Shown one piece after another: positions 47,129 through 57,916 of a DNA stretch of 64,000 bases; position 1 is the first letter of the stretch; each line of letters opens with the position of its first letter. The translations under genes and the position numbers were made by a program. The notes under the pieces were generated by a model. The model had not been told where the DNA came from. It saw only the letters and a list, made by a program, of their open reading frames with translations, and ran no database searches. Source of the DNA: an uncultured Gemmatimonadales bacterium (GTDB lineage Bacteria; Gemmatimonadota; Gemmatimonadetes; Gemmatimonadales; GWC2-71-9); the NCBI GenBank assembly GCA_963795085.1, contig CAWCFX010000001.1, positions 480,001-544,000 of the forward strand. The letters are read 5' to 3'.

Positions 47129-48913
47129 GTGAATCACCAGGAAGAAACGCTGGACCGCGGGTATGACTCGGCGCTGCTGCGCCGGTTACTGACCTATCTC
47201 CGCCCCTACCGGTGGCACGCCGTCCTGGCGGTGGGGCTGCTGATCGCAACGGCCGGGCTGGCGCTGGTGGGGCCGCTCCTGACCCAGCGGGCGCTGGACG
47301 TCGCGGTGCCCCGGCGGGACGAGGCCCTGCTGGCCACCCTGGCCGGGATCTTCCTGCTGGCGCTGCTGCTGGAGTTTGCGTTCGAATACTTCGGGAGCAT
47401 TCTCGCGGCGTTCATCGGCCAGCGGGTGATGTTCGACCTCCGGATCGAGATCTTCACCCGGCTGCAGCGGCTCAGCATTCCCTATTTCGACCGCAACCCG
47501 GTGGGCCGGCTGATGACCCGGGTCACCTCGGACGTGGAGACGCTGAACGAGCTGTTCTCCTCCGGCCTGGTGACGGTGTTCGGCGACCTGTTCACGCTGC
47601 TCGCCATCATGACCCTGATGCTGGTGACGGACTGGCAGCTGGCACTGGTGGCCTTTGCCGTGATCCCGCTGGTCTTCCTGGCCGCGACCATCTTCCGGCG
47701 GCGGGTGCGGGAAGCGTTCCGGGAGATCCGGGTGAAGCTGGCCCGGATCAACAGCCACCTGCAGGAGCACCTGGGGGGCATCCGGGTGGTGCAGCTCTTC
47801 AACCGGGAGGCGGCCGCCGCGCGCCAGTTCGACGCGATCAACGCGGACCATCTCGAGGCCCACCTCCGCTCCATCCGCATCTACGCGGTGTTCTTTCCGG
47901 TCATCGAGCTGCTCACCTCGATCGCGGTGGCGGCCCTGCTCTGGTACGGCGGCCTCCGCTCGCTGTCCGGGACGCTCACCGTGGGTGTGCTGGCTGCGTT
48001 TATCCAGCTGACCCGGCGGTTCTTCCAGCCGCTGCAGGACCTCTCCGAGAAGTACAACCTGCTCCAGAGCGCCATGGCTTCCTCGGAACGAATCTTCCGG
48101 CTGCTGGACACCGAAGTGACGGTGCCGGAGCCCGCCGCCCCCCGGGCCCTTCCCCAGCCGGTCCGGGGCGAGATCGGGTTCGAAGGGGTGTGGTTCCGGT
48201 ATGCCGAGGACGGCCCCTGGGTGCTCCAGGATATTTCCTTCGTGGCGCCCGCGGGGAAGTCGCTGGCGCTGGTGGGCCACACCGGGGCAGGCAAGACCAC
48301 GATCATCAGTCTGCTGCTCCGGTTCTACGACCCGACCCGGGGGCGGATCACCCTGGACGGCGTGGATATCCGGGAACTCTCCACCGCCGACCTGCGGCGG
48401 CAGATCGGGTTCGTCCAGCAGGATCTTTTCCTGTTCACCGGCGATATCCAGCGCAACCTGGCCCTGGACGCGCCGATCGGGGACGCCGAGGTGGTGGCGG
48501 CGGCGGAACGGGTGGGGGCGGACCGTTTCATTGGCCGGCTGCCTTCCGGGTACCGCCACGTGCTGGGGGAGCGGGGCCGCTCCCTGAGTGTGGGGGAGCG
48601 CCAGTTGCTGAGCTTCGCCCGGGCCCTGGCCCGGGATCCCCGGGTGCTGGTACTGGACGAGGCGACCAGCTCGGTGGATACTCAGGCGGAGGCGCAGATC
48701 CAGCGGGCCATTTCGGAGGTCATGGCGGGCCGGACCAGCCTGGTGGTCGCCCACCGGCTCAGCACCATCCTCCATTCGGACGAAATCCTGGTTCTCCACC
48801 ACGGCGAGATCAGGGAACGGGGGTCGCACCGGGAACTGCTGGCACAGCATGGGCTGTATCAGCGGCTCTACCGGCTGCAGTTTGAGGATCAGCATCCGGC
48901 CCGAAGCGCGTAA
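47129..48913 (+). CDS. ABC exporter with fused TMD and ATPase (MsbA/MdlB-like)
   Basis: GHTGAGKTT, LSVGERQLL, LDEATSSVD, AHRLST. Confidence 0.92.
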   Translation: MNHQEETLDRGYDSALLRRLLTYLRPYRWHAVLAVGLLIATAGLALVGPLLTQRALDVAVPRRDEALLATLAGIFLLALLLEFAFEYFGSILAAFIGQRVMFDLRIEIFTRLQRLSIPYFDRNPVGRLMTRVTSDVETLNELFSSGLVTVFGDLFTLLAIMTLMLVTDWQLALVAFAVIPLVFLAATIFRRRVREAFREIRVKLARINSHLQEHLGGIRVVQLFNREAAAARQFDAINADHLEAHLRSIRIYAVFFPVIELLTSIAVAALLWYGGLRSLSGTLTVGVLAAFIQLTRRFFQPLQDLSEKYNLLQSAMASSERIFRLLDTEVTVPEPAAPRALPQPVRGEIGFEGVWFRYAEDGPWVLQDISFVAPAGKSLALVGHTGAGKTTIISLLLRFYDPTRGRITLDGVDIRELSTADLRRQIGFVQQDLFLFTGDIQRNLALDAPIGDAEVVAAAERVGADRFIGRLPSGYRHVLGERGRSLSVGERQLLSFARALARDPRVLVLDEATSSVDTQAEAQIQRAISEVMAGRTSLVVAHRLSTILHSDEILVLHHGEIRERGSHRELLAQHGLYQRLYRLQFEDQHPARSA

Positions 48914-48988
48914 CCTCAGGTCGCTTGCGCCCTTACCGGCTATCCGGGTACGTTTGTCGAAAACCCGTAACGATCGGGAATCCAGGTC

Positions 48989-50521
48989 ATGATGCAACTT
49001 GAGTTCGGCGGGCGGCGTTATGAAATACCCGCCGGCGAACTAACGGTCGGGTCTGACCCCGCCTGTGGGCTGGTGCTCACGGGGCCGGGGGTCCTGCCGC
49101 GCCATGCGGTCCTTAAGGGGAGCGCGGAAGGCAGCGCCGTGATCCAGCGGGGCAGCGCCGACGCGGAGACCCTGGTCAACGGGGTCCGCCTGGCGGCCGA
49201 GCCGGCGCCGATCCTTCACGGGGATAAGATCCAGATCGGGGGGCAGGACCTGCTGGTGGTGGACAGCCGCAAGAGCGGCAGCACCCAGTTCATGGATGCG
49301 TCATCGGTCGCGGCGATGGCGGCGGCGGCCCAATCGGCCCCCAGGGCGGCCAGCCCCGCGCCGGTGACCGGGGGCCGGCTCGTCTGCCTGACCGACGGGC
49401 GGGAATACACCATCGCTCAGACCCTGGTGTTTGGCCGGGAGGCCGGCAGCGACGTGGTGGTGGAGAACACCCAGGTGTCCCGGCGCCACGCCGAGATCGC
49501 GGCGACGGGGGGCGGGTACGTGCTGACGGACCTGAGCACCAACGGCACCTTCGTCAACGGCCAGCGGGTGCAGGGAAGCCGGACGCTGGCCCGGGCAGAC
49601 ATGATCCGGATCGCGGATAACGAGTTCCGGTTTTACGCCGACGTGGTCCCCGCCCCCAAGACCCCAACCCCAGCCCCAGTCCCAGCCGAATCGTCACCGC
49701 CGCCGCCTCCGGCGCCGCCGCCATCCGCGCCCGCCGCCCCGCCGATGCCGCTGTCCACGCCGATGTCGAGCGGGCCTCTACCCGCGCCGCTCAAGCCTCC
49801 GGCCGGCGCCGCGAGCCGGCTTAACGACACCATGCACGGGCAGTCCTTTCGCCCCACGCCCACCCCCACGGCGCCACCGGCCCCCGCGGTCGAGGCGGCG
49901 CGAAGCGGGCCGGGTCCCATGGCGTCGCTGCTGGTGCGAAGCGGGCAGCTCAAGGGCACGCGGCTGCCGATTCGGGTGCCGGTGGTGAACATCGGGCGGG
50001 CGGACTACAACGACGTGGTCCTGGCGGACGAGAGCGTGAGCACGGCGCACGCCAAGCTGCAGCGCCGGGAGGGGGTCTGGACCCTGGTGGACCTGGGGAG
50101 CACCAACGGCACCTTCGTGGATGGAGAGCAGGTGCAGGGCGAGGTCCCCCTGGGACCGGGGGCCACGGTGCGGTTTGGCCAGGTCTCCACCATGTTCGAG
50201 CCCACCGACGACGCGATGGGCGTCGCCAAGGGCAGCGGGACCCGCATGATGGAGCCGGTCCAGGTACCGGTGAAGGCGGAGCCGGCCGCGCCGCCCTCTC
50301 CGCCGCCGTCTCCGTCTCCGGCGCCACCGGCCGCAGTCCGGCCTCCGGCGCCGCCTCCGCCCCCACCGGCGCCCCCCCGGGAGGCTCCGGCCCGTCCGGC
50401 GCCTCGGCGTCCGCCCGTGGTGGTAACGCCGCCCGCCCGGGCTACCGGGTCCAAGTGGCTGTTTCCCCTGGTGTTGGCCGCGGCCCTCGCGGCGCTCATC
50501 CTCTTCCTGTTACAGCGCTAA
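48989..50521 (+). CDS. Triple-FHA-domain protein with Pro-rich linkers and C-terminal TM anchor
   Basis: FHA2 FGR..VSRRHA..STNGT, FHA3 IGR..VSTAHA..STNGT, degenerate FHA1; terminal hydrophobic helix. Confidence 0.88.
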   Translation: MMQLEFGGRRYEIPAGELTVGSDPACGLVLTGPGVLPRHAVLKGSAEGSAVIQRGSADAETLVNGVRLAAEPAPILHGDKIQIGGQDLLVVDSRKSGSTQFMDASSVAAMAAAAQSAPRAASPAPVTGGRLVCLTDGREYTIAQTLVFGREAGSDVVVENTQVSRRHAEIAATGGGYVLTDLSTNGTFVNGQRVQGSRTLARADMIRIADNEFRFYADVVPAPKTPTPAPVPAESSPPPPPAPPPSAPAAPPMPLSTPMSSGPLPAPLKPPAGAASRLNDTMHGQSFRPTPTPTAPPAPAVEAARSGPGPMASLLVRSGQLKGTRLPIRVPVVNIGRADYNDVVLADESVSTAHAKLQRREGVWTLVDLGSTNGTFVDGEQVQGEVPLGPGATVRFGQVSTMFEPTDDAMGVAKGSGTRMMEPVQVPVKAEPAAPPSPPPSPSPAPPAAVRPPAPPPPPPAPPREAPARPAPRRPPVVVTPPARATGSKWLFPLVLAAALAALILFLLQR

Positions 50522-50525
50522 CCCA

Positions 50526-51311
50526 GTGCGATTCGTCTGCGCGGCGCGCACCGATGTCGGGATCGTACGGTCCGGCAACGAGGACAACTACCTCATGCTG
50601 GCCGACCGGGGCGTCTTCATCGTGGCCGACGGCATGGGCGGGCACGCCGCCGGCGAGGTGGCCAGCGAGATGGCGGTCCGCATCATTTCGAAGGAGTTGG
50701 GGACGCTCCGCGGGATGACGGACGACGCGGTGGGCGACCGCCTCCGCCTCGCGATCCGGGCCAGCAACGAGGCCATCTTCGACCGGACCCTCTCAGAGCA
50801 CGACAAGCGGGGCATGGGGACCACCGTCACCGTGCTGACCCTGCTGCCCCGGCGCTACCTCATCGGCCAGGTAGGGGATAGCCGGGCCTACCTGCTCCGG
50901 GATGGTGTCCTGCTCCAGCTGACCAAGGACCATTCCTACGTGCAGGAACAGGTGGACGCGGGGCTGCTCACCGCCGACCAGGCGCGGGTGCATCCCTACA
51001 GCAACGTGATCACCCGCTGCGTGGGCGCCAGCAACGACGTGGTGCCCGACGTGTACTTCGGCAATCTCCGGGAGGGCGACGTGCTGCTGCTGGCGTCGGA
51101 CGGGCTGACCGGCATGCTGGAGGACGAACAGCTGCAGAAGATCCTCAGCGCCGAGGGAGGCCCCCAGGCCTGGGTGGACCGGATGATTACCGAGGCCAAC
51201 CGGCGGGGTGGGCTGGACAACATCACAGCGATCATCGTCAGGATCGAGGGAATCGACGCGCCGACAGGGGAGCACCCGACGGCGGGGGCAGGGGCGGGGG
51301 CGGGGAAGTGA
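50526..51311 (+). CDS. PP2C-type Ser/Thr phosphatase (Stp1/PrpC)
   Basis: RSGNED, VADGMGGH, GMGTT, VGDSRAY, SDGL, GGLDNIT. Confidence 0.93.
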   Translation: MRFVCAARTDVGIVRSGNEDNYLMLADRGVFIVADGMGGHAAGEVASEMAVRIISKELGTLRGMTDDAVGDRLRLAIRASNEAIFDRTLSEHDKRGMGTTVTVLTLLPRRYLIGQVGDSRAYLLRDGVLLQLTKDHSYVQEQVDAGLLTADQARVHPYSNVITRCVGASNDVVPDVYFGNLREGDVLLLASDGLTGMLEDEQLQKILSAEGGPQAWVDRMITEANRRGGLDNITAIIVRIEGIDAPTGEHPTAGAGAGAGK

Positions 51312-51380
51312 AGAGTGCAGAGTGCAGAGTGCAGAGTGCAGAGTAAAAGTACTGAGTACTGAGTGTTGAGTACTGAGTGC
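51312..51380 (+). repeat. Heptamer tandem repeat (AGAGTGC then TGAGTAC variants)
   Basis: Starts immediately after the PP2C stop codon. Confidence 0.85.
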
Positions 51381-51504
51381 TGAATCTGGAGTTCCTTCCG
51401 CTGTATCCCCATCCACGTCCCCCAAACGGCAATCGACAATCGGCAATTGCGTTGGCAGTCGCCAATCGGCAATGCCGGCACTCCTCCTGTGAGGTCTCTT
51501 GTCC

Positions 51505-52226
51505 GGACCGACAGGTGACTGGTTCGTCTCTATACCTTCGTGGTTCACTCCTGCACCGCCATACTTCTGCTGCACCAGCATCACTGTCATGCTGGTGCAG
51601 CAGAACGGTACCGGTGGTACAGCGGAACAGTTCCGCTGGTCACACCGGCACTACCGTATTGTGAGTGCCAGGATCGGGACCGACAGGGGCCCGGTCCGCC
51701 TCTATACCTTCATGGTTCACCCCTGAAACAGGATACTTCCGCTGGTCCAGCGGGACCGTCATGGTGGTGCAGCAGTATGGTACCGGTGGTGCAGCGGAAC
51801 AGTTCCGCTGGTCACGCTGGCACTACCGTGTTGTGAGTGCCAGGATCGGGACCGACAGGGGGCCGGTCCGCCCCTGTACCTTCATGGTTCACCCCTGAAA
51901 CAGGATACTTCCGCTGGTGCAGCAGGACCGTCATGGTGGTGCAGCGGCACGGTTCCGCTGGTTACACTGGCACTACCGTATTGTGAGTGCCAGGATCGGG
52001 ACCGACAGGAGGCCGGTCCGCTTCTATACCTTCGTGGTCCACTCCTGCACCCGGGTTCGTCCGCTGGTTCACCTTGCCCGTCATTGTCAGACAGCGGCTG
52101 GGACCGGAGGGACAGCAGGCCGGTACCGCGCATTACTCTGGCGCTACCTCATTGGGAGGGCCAGAATCGGGACCGGCAGCCGGCCGGTCCATCTCCACAC
52201 CTTGCCGGTCCCCTCCTGCACCCGGG
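51505..52226. repeat. Non-coding tandem array of ~172-bp palindrome-rich units (four full and one partial)
   Basis: Anchor GGACCG(A/G)CAG at 51505, 51677, 51849, 51999 and 52170 (spacings 172, 172, 150, 171); no long ORF. Confidence 0.9.
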
Positions 52227-52520
52227 CTGCTCCGCCCTGGCATGGTGAAACGCCACGGTAGCAAGACAGCCAGGATCGGATGGTTACGGGGCACCTTGTG
52301 GTTGCGAGCGGAGGTATCCGGCCCGGCACCACCCTGGGCACCGATCGGCAATCGGCAGTCTGCGATCGGCTTCGATGGTTGGGGTAACAGCGGAGTCCGC
52401 GGAGGACATCGCGACATCAGCGGTGCGACCAGGCACGAAGCATCGGCCCGGGCGATATCTGTGTTGATGCGGTTCAGCACTCGTCGAATCTGCCAATCCC
52501 AAATCCCTGATCCGAAGTCC

Positions 52521-53789
52521 CTACCCCCCCAGCTCCCGCCGCGCTTCCGCCGCCGGCAGGGCCACCAGCTGGAACAGCCCCTCGATCGGCCTCTGGGCTT
52601 CCCGCGCCACGAACACCCGGAACCGGCGGGCGCTCTGGTACAGTTCCTCCGCCACCCGGGGCAGCCCCAGCTGGCCTTCCCGCCCCGCCGAGGTGAGCCG
52701 CTCGGCGCCGCCCTCCCGGGTGCGAAGCGGAAGGTTCACATCCAGCATGGAAGGCCGCGCCGGGAAATCAATCAGCAGCTCGTCGGGACCCAGGCCCGCC
52801 CGCTCGGCGACGGTGTTTTCCAGCCGTTCCAGGAGGTCCGCGTCCTCCCAGAGCCAGGGCTGGACGTCGGCGGGCACATCGCTGGCCGGCAGGTCCAGCG
52901 CCCGCTTGAACAGCCGCCGGCCGTGGACCGCCGCGGCCAGGCCGGTCGGGTCAATCGGAAAGAGCCGCTCCATGAGGCCGCCATCGGTGGTCCGGGCGAT
53001 CTCCTGCCGGGTGATGCCGCCGGTCGCGACCGCCGCCCGGACCGCCCGCTTGAACATGCAGGTGGCCGACCGGACCGCGTGGTGCCAGTACACGTTGCGG
53101 TACATCTGGTACTTGGCGAAGAGCAGCGACTCCAGCGCACTCACGCCTTTCTCGTGCACGCCGACCTCGTGCCCGGCCGGGGTCTCCACCAGGCTCAGCG
53201 CCGCCAGCAGCCGGTCCACGTCCACCGCTCCGTACGGCACGCCGCACATCCGGGCGTCCCGGCTCAGATATTCGATCTTGTCCAGGTCCAGCGAGCCGGA
53301 GATGAGGCCGCCGAGCGGGCTCACGCTCCGCCCCTGGATCAGGGCCCCCACTTCCTGGCCCAGCCCGGTCACCCCGAAGCCGGCGATTGCCTCGCCCAGT
53401 TCTCCCTCGGTGAGCAGGGCGACGCCCAGCTCCTCGTGATGGGGGAAGCCCGCCTCCTCCAGCGCATGGGAGAACGGGTAGTGCCCGATATCATGCAGCA
53501 GCGCCGCCAGCCGCACCGCCAGCTGCCGCTCGGCGGGCACCGCATCCAGCTCGCCACGTTCATCCAGCGCGGCCAGCGCCAGCTTGGTCAGGTGGTAGGT
53601 GCCGAGGGCGTGTTCGAAGCGGGAGTGGGTGGCGCCGGGATAGACCAGGAAGGCGTGGCCCAGTTGCCGGATGTAGCGCAGCCGCTGGACCGGGGGAGAA
53701 TCCACCAGCCGTAGAACGCCGCGATCCACCCGGATGTTGTCCCAGAGTGGATCGCGCACGATCTCGAAGTCGAGCGGCCGGCCGGACAC
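52521..53789 (-). CDS. HD-domain phosphohydrolase (dNTP triphosphohydrolase/YwfO-like)
   Basis: QRLRYIRQLG, YPGATHSRFEH, LHDIGHYPFSH, DLDKIEYLSRD, MYRNVYWH; start 53789 or 53798. Confidence 0.88.
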   Translation of the reverse strand: MSGRPLDFEIVRDPLWDNIRVDRGVLRLVDSPPVQRLRYIRQLGHAFLVYPGATHSRFEHALGTYHLTKLALAALDERGELDAVPAERQLAVRLAALLHDIGHYPFSHALEEAGFPHHEELGVALLTEGELGEAIAGFGVTGLGQEVGALIQGRSVSPLGGLISGSLDLDKIEYLSRDARMCGVPYGAVDVDRLLAALSLVETPAGHEVGVHEKGVSALESLLFAKYQMYRNVYWHHAVRSATCMFKRAVRAAVATGGITRQEIARTTDGGLMERLFPIDPTGLAAAVHGRRLFKRALDLPASDVPADVQPWLWEDADLLERLENTVAERAGLGPDELLIDFPARPSMLDVNLPLRTREGGAERLTSAGREGQLGLPRVAEELYQSARRFRVFVAREAQRPIEGLFQLVALPAAEARRELGG

Positions 53790-53799
53790 CGGGGTCAAC

Positions 53800-55399
<1,600 letters not shown>

Positions 55400-55564
55400 G
55401 GGTCCTTCTGCGCATCGGCGCGTTCGAGGATTCAGCGGCCGGGTCCAGGGTCCGCCGTCAGCGAACAATAGCGGGGGGAGAAAGATCAGCGGAAGGGCGG
55501 CGGGCCGCAACTGCGGGGCCCGGGGCAAGGGGCGCAAACGCAGGCGGGGTAATGGGTTGGGGGA

Positions 55565-55622
55565 AGAGTTCAGAGTGCAGAGTACAGAGTACAGAGTACA
55601 GAGTGCAGAGTGCACTCTGCAC
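55565..55622 (+). repeat. Heptamer tandem repeat (AGAGT(G/A)C) ending in a palindrome
   Basis: About seven units; terminal GTGCAGAGTGCACTCTGCAC is self-complementary. Confidence 0.85.
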
Positions 55623-56285
55623 TTATTCTCCCGGCACCATGTCCGCCTCGCGGTGGTAGAGCGCCTCGATGGTGGCGATGTCGCGGTCGCTCAGGCCGGT
55701 GGCCACCGGGTCCGCGAACATGATGTCGGCGGGGTCGGCGCTGTGCTGGAAGAGGCCCATGGAGTGGCCCATCTCGTGGATGGCGGTCAGGCCGAGGCAG
55801 AGATCCATGTTGGGGTCGCCGGGAATCCTGGGATTCAGGTAGATCCGCACCGGGAGCCGGAGTTCCCGGCGGGTGGCCACGGTGTCAATGTCGGTGGCGC
55901 CCTCGCACTCCGGCCGTCGGCTGTGGAAGCGGAACACGGGAAACGGCTTGGTCGGCGCCTGCTGCACCCGCACGATGACATCGGCGGCATTGGAATCGGT
56001 CACGATCCGGGCATCCCACTCGCCGTAGAGGAACGCAGCCTTCCACGCCGCGATGGCCTGCCGGGCGTGCCCGGGTACGCCCAGGCTGTCCTCGACCCAG
56101 TAGCGGACCGGTTGAAACGACGCCGGCCAGTGGAACCGGATACTGTCTATCGCCGGGGTCCCGTTGTTGTCGTAGGGGACAAACAGGCGGGACTCGTACG
56201 GCACCGGGCGGGCCGGCGCGCTCAACTCGGTGCAGCCGGCCAGGAGCAGGGCCCCCGCTAGCCGCGTCAACGTCCGTCCGGTCAT
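55623..56285 (-). CDS. Matrixin-like (M10) zinc metalloprotease lipoprotein
   Basis: LLAGC lipobox, [13 protein letters not shown], Met-turn DIMF, LSDRDI. Confidence 0.85.
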   Translation of the reverse strand: MTGRTLTRLAGALLLAGCTELSAPARPVPYESRLFVPYDNNGTPAIDSIRFHWPASFQPVRYWVEDSLGVPGHARQAIAAWKAAFLYGEWDARIVTDSNAADVIVRVQQAPTKPFPVFRFHSRRPECEGATDIDTVATRRELRLPVRIYLNPRIPGDPNMDLCLGLTAIHEMGHSMGLFQHSADPADIMFADPVATGLSDRDIATIEALYHREADMVPGE

Positions 56286-56878
56286 TGGAAATACCTCGTG
56301 ACACCGGCTTCCACCCCGACCCGGTGCACCGCCTGGGGGCGGGAGAAGCCGCGTGATTCCATTTCCTTGGTGATAAACTGGTGGAAGCCGTAGCGGGCCC
56401 CGAGGGCCCATTCCCAGCCGGGTGTGAGCGGCCGCCGGAACTCGACCAGGAAACTGCCGGTCAGCCGCCCCGGCCCGCCCTGGCGGAACAGGCCGTCTTT
56501 GTTTCCCGGGAGGTATTTGATGAACCCGGCGCCCGCCTGCCAGTAGAGGCCGGAGACCATCGCGGGCCCGCCGGCGGTGACGAGAATGGTGAAAGTCCGA
56601 AGCGACCCCAGGTCGGTGCTGCCGTTATCGTCTTCCGCTTCCACCGAGCTGGTGGTCAGCAACGTCGCCAGTCCCAGCCGGTACTTCGCGCCGGTGGGAA
56701 TGGAGGCGCTGAGCCCCAGGGTCGGGGCGATCCCGGTCCGGACCGCGATGGGCGTCCCGATCTCGTCCTCCGCCAGGGTCGAGGACCAGGTGGCCCCCAG
56801 CCGGGCGCCGACCTGGACCTGGGCCAGGAGCGGAGCCGGCGAGACGGCAAGGAGCGCGGCAAGGCAGAAGATTCGCAT
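56282..56878 (-). CDS. Probable small outer-membrane beta-barrel protein
   Basis: Signal peptide, alternating amphipathic strands, C-terminal GVTRYFQ; ATGA-coupled to the protease. Confidence 0.6.
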   Translation of the reverse strand: MRIFCLAALLAVSPAPLLAQVQVGARLGATWSSTLAEDEIGTPIAVRTGIAPTLGLSASIPTGAKYRLGLATLLTTSSVEAEDDNGSTDLGSLRTFTILVTAGGPAMVSGLYWQAGAGFIKYLPGNKDGLFRQGGPGRLTGSFLVEFRRPLTPGWEWALGARYGFHQFITKEMESRGFSRPQAVHRVGVEAGVTRYFQ

Positions 56879-56963
56879 GGGCGGAAAATGGGGACGTCCC
56901 GGGCGGAAAACAACGCACGGCGGCAAGGGGGCAAGAGGGGTAAGAGGGCAAGGTTACTCCCTC

Positions 56964-57884
56964 TTACCCTCCTGCCCCTTGCCCTCTTCCCCCTTCTTGC
57001 CCCCTCGCCCCCTTTCGATACCTCCGCAATCGCCTCAACATCTTCCGGTCCAGGGTCACCAGGTCATCGCCCTTGGGCGTCTCCAGCACTTTCATCACGC
57101 CGGCAAACCGCGGGTCGGTCATGATTCTCCGGAAGGGCTCCGGCCCCAGCGATCCCTCGCCGATCAGCTCGTGGCGGTCTCGGCAGGAGTGAAACGGGGT
57201 CTTGCTGTCGTTGAGGTGGATGCACCGAAGATGCTCGAGCCCGATGATCGAATCCCACCGCTCCCAGACGCCGTCGTAGTCGTGGACCAGGTCATAACCG
57301 GCCGAGAACAGGTGACAGGTGTCGGCGCAGAAGCCGACCCGGCTTCGGAGGGAGGCCGGGATCCTGGCCCGGAGTTCCGCCAGTTCCTCGAAGTTCGCCC
57401 CCAGCGCGGTGCCGCACCCCGCGGTGGTCTCCAGCAGCACCGTCACGTCTCCCACTCGTTCCAGCGCCTCCGCGCAGCGCCGGGCGTTCCGGGCCAGCCC
57501 CCGCTCCCGGTCGTCGATATAGTTGCCCGGGTGCGACACCACCGCGGTGATTTTCAGGGCCCTGCAGCGCTCCAGTTCGGCCACGAAAGACGTTGTGGAT
57601 TGGGCACTTAGGTGGGGGTCGGGGGAGGCCAGGTTTATGAGGTACGAATCGTGCGAAACCACCCCGTGGAGACCGCTCGCGGCGAGGGCGGCCTGAAACG
57701 ACTCACAGACTTCCTGGCTGATTAGCGGCTCGCGCCACTGGTTCGGGGTCTTGGTAAAGACCTGGATCGCGGTCGCCCCGATCGCCACGCCCCGTCCGGG
57801 AGCCCGGTGAACACCGCCCTGGGTGGAGACGTGCGCGCCGAGGCGTTCGTGTGCTGTCTGCTTGACACTGGTTGGCGTACGCAT
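56964..57884 (-). CDS. nfo: Endonuclease IV
   Basis: LGAHVS, HDSYLINLAS, LLETTAG, DTCHLF, HLNDSK, DRHELIG, LETP; start approximate. Confidence 0.93.
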   Translation of the reverse strand: MRTPTSVKQTAHERLGAHVSTQGGVHRAPGRGVAIGATAIQVFTKTPNQWREPLISQEVCESFQAALAASGLHGVVSHDSYLINLASPDPHLSAQSTTSFVAELERCRALKITAVVSHPGNYIDDRERGLARNARRCAEALERVGDVTVLLETTAGCGTALGANFEELAELRARIPASLRSRVGFCADTCHLFSAGYDLVHDYDGVWERWDSIIGLEHLRCIHLNDSKTPFHSCRDRHELIGEGSLGPEPFRRIMTDPRFAGVMKVLETPKGDDLVTLDRKMLRRLRRYRKGARGQEGGRGQGAGG

Positions 57885-57916
57885 ACGTTCCCCCGGCCTT
57901 GACCCCGGCATAGCCA

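Noticed and set aside
51505..52226. CRISPR array or guide-RNA array
   Set aside because: Units are similar along their whole length with no unique spacers, the period is 172 bp, and no cas-like gene is nearby; the HD protein is the dNTPase type, not Cas3
51377..52502. Short ORFs within and around the 172-bp array
   Set aside because: The frame shifts with each unit, there is no convincing RBS or codon bias, and the products have no recognisable features
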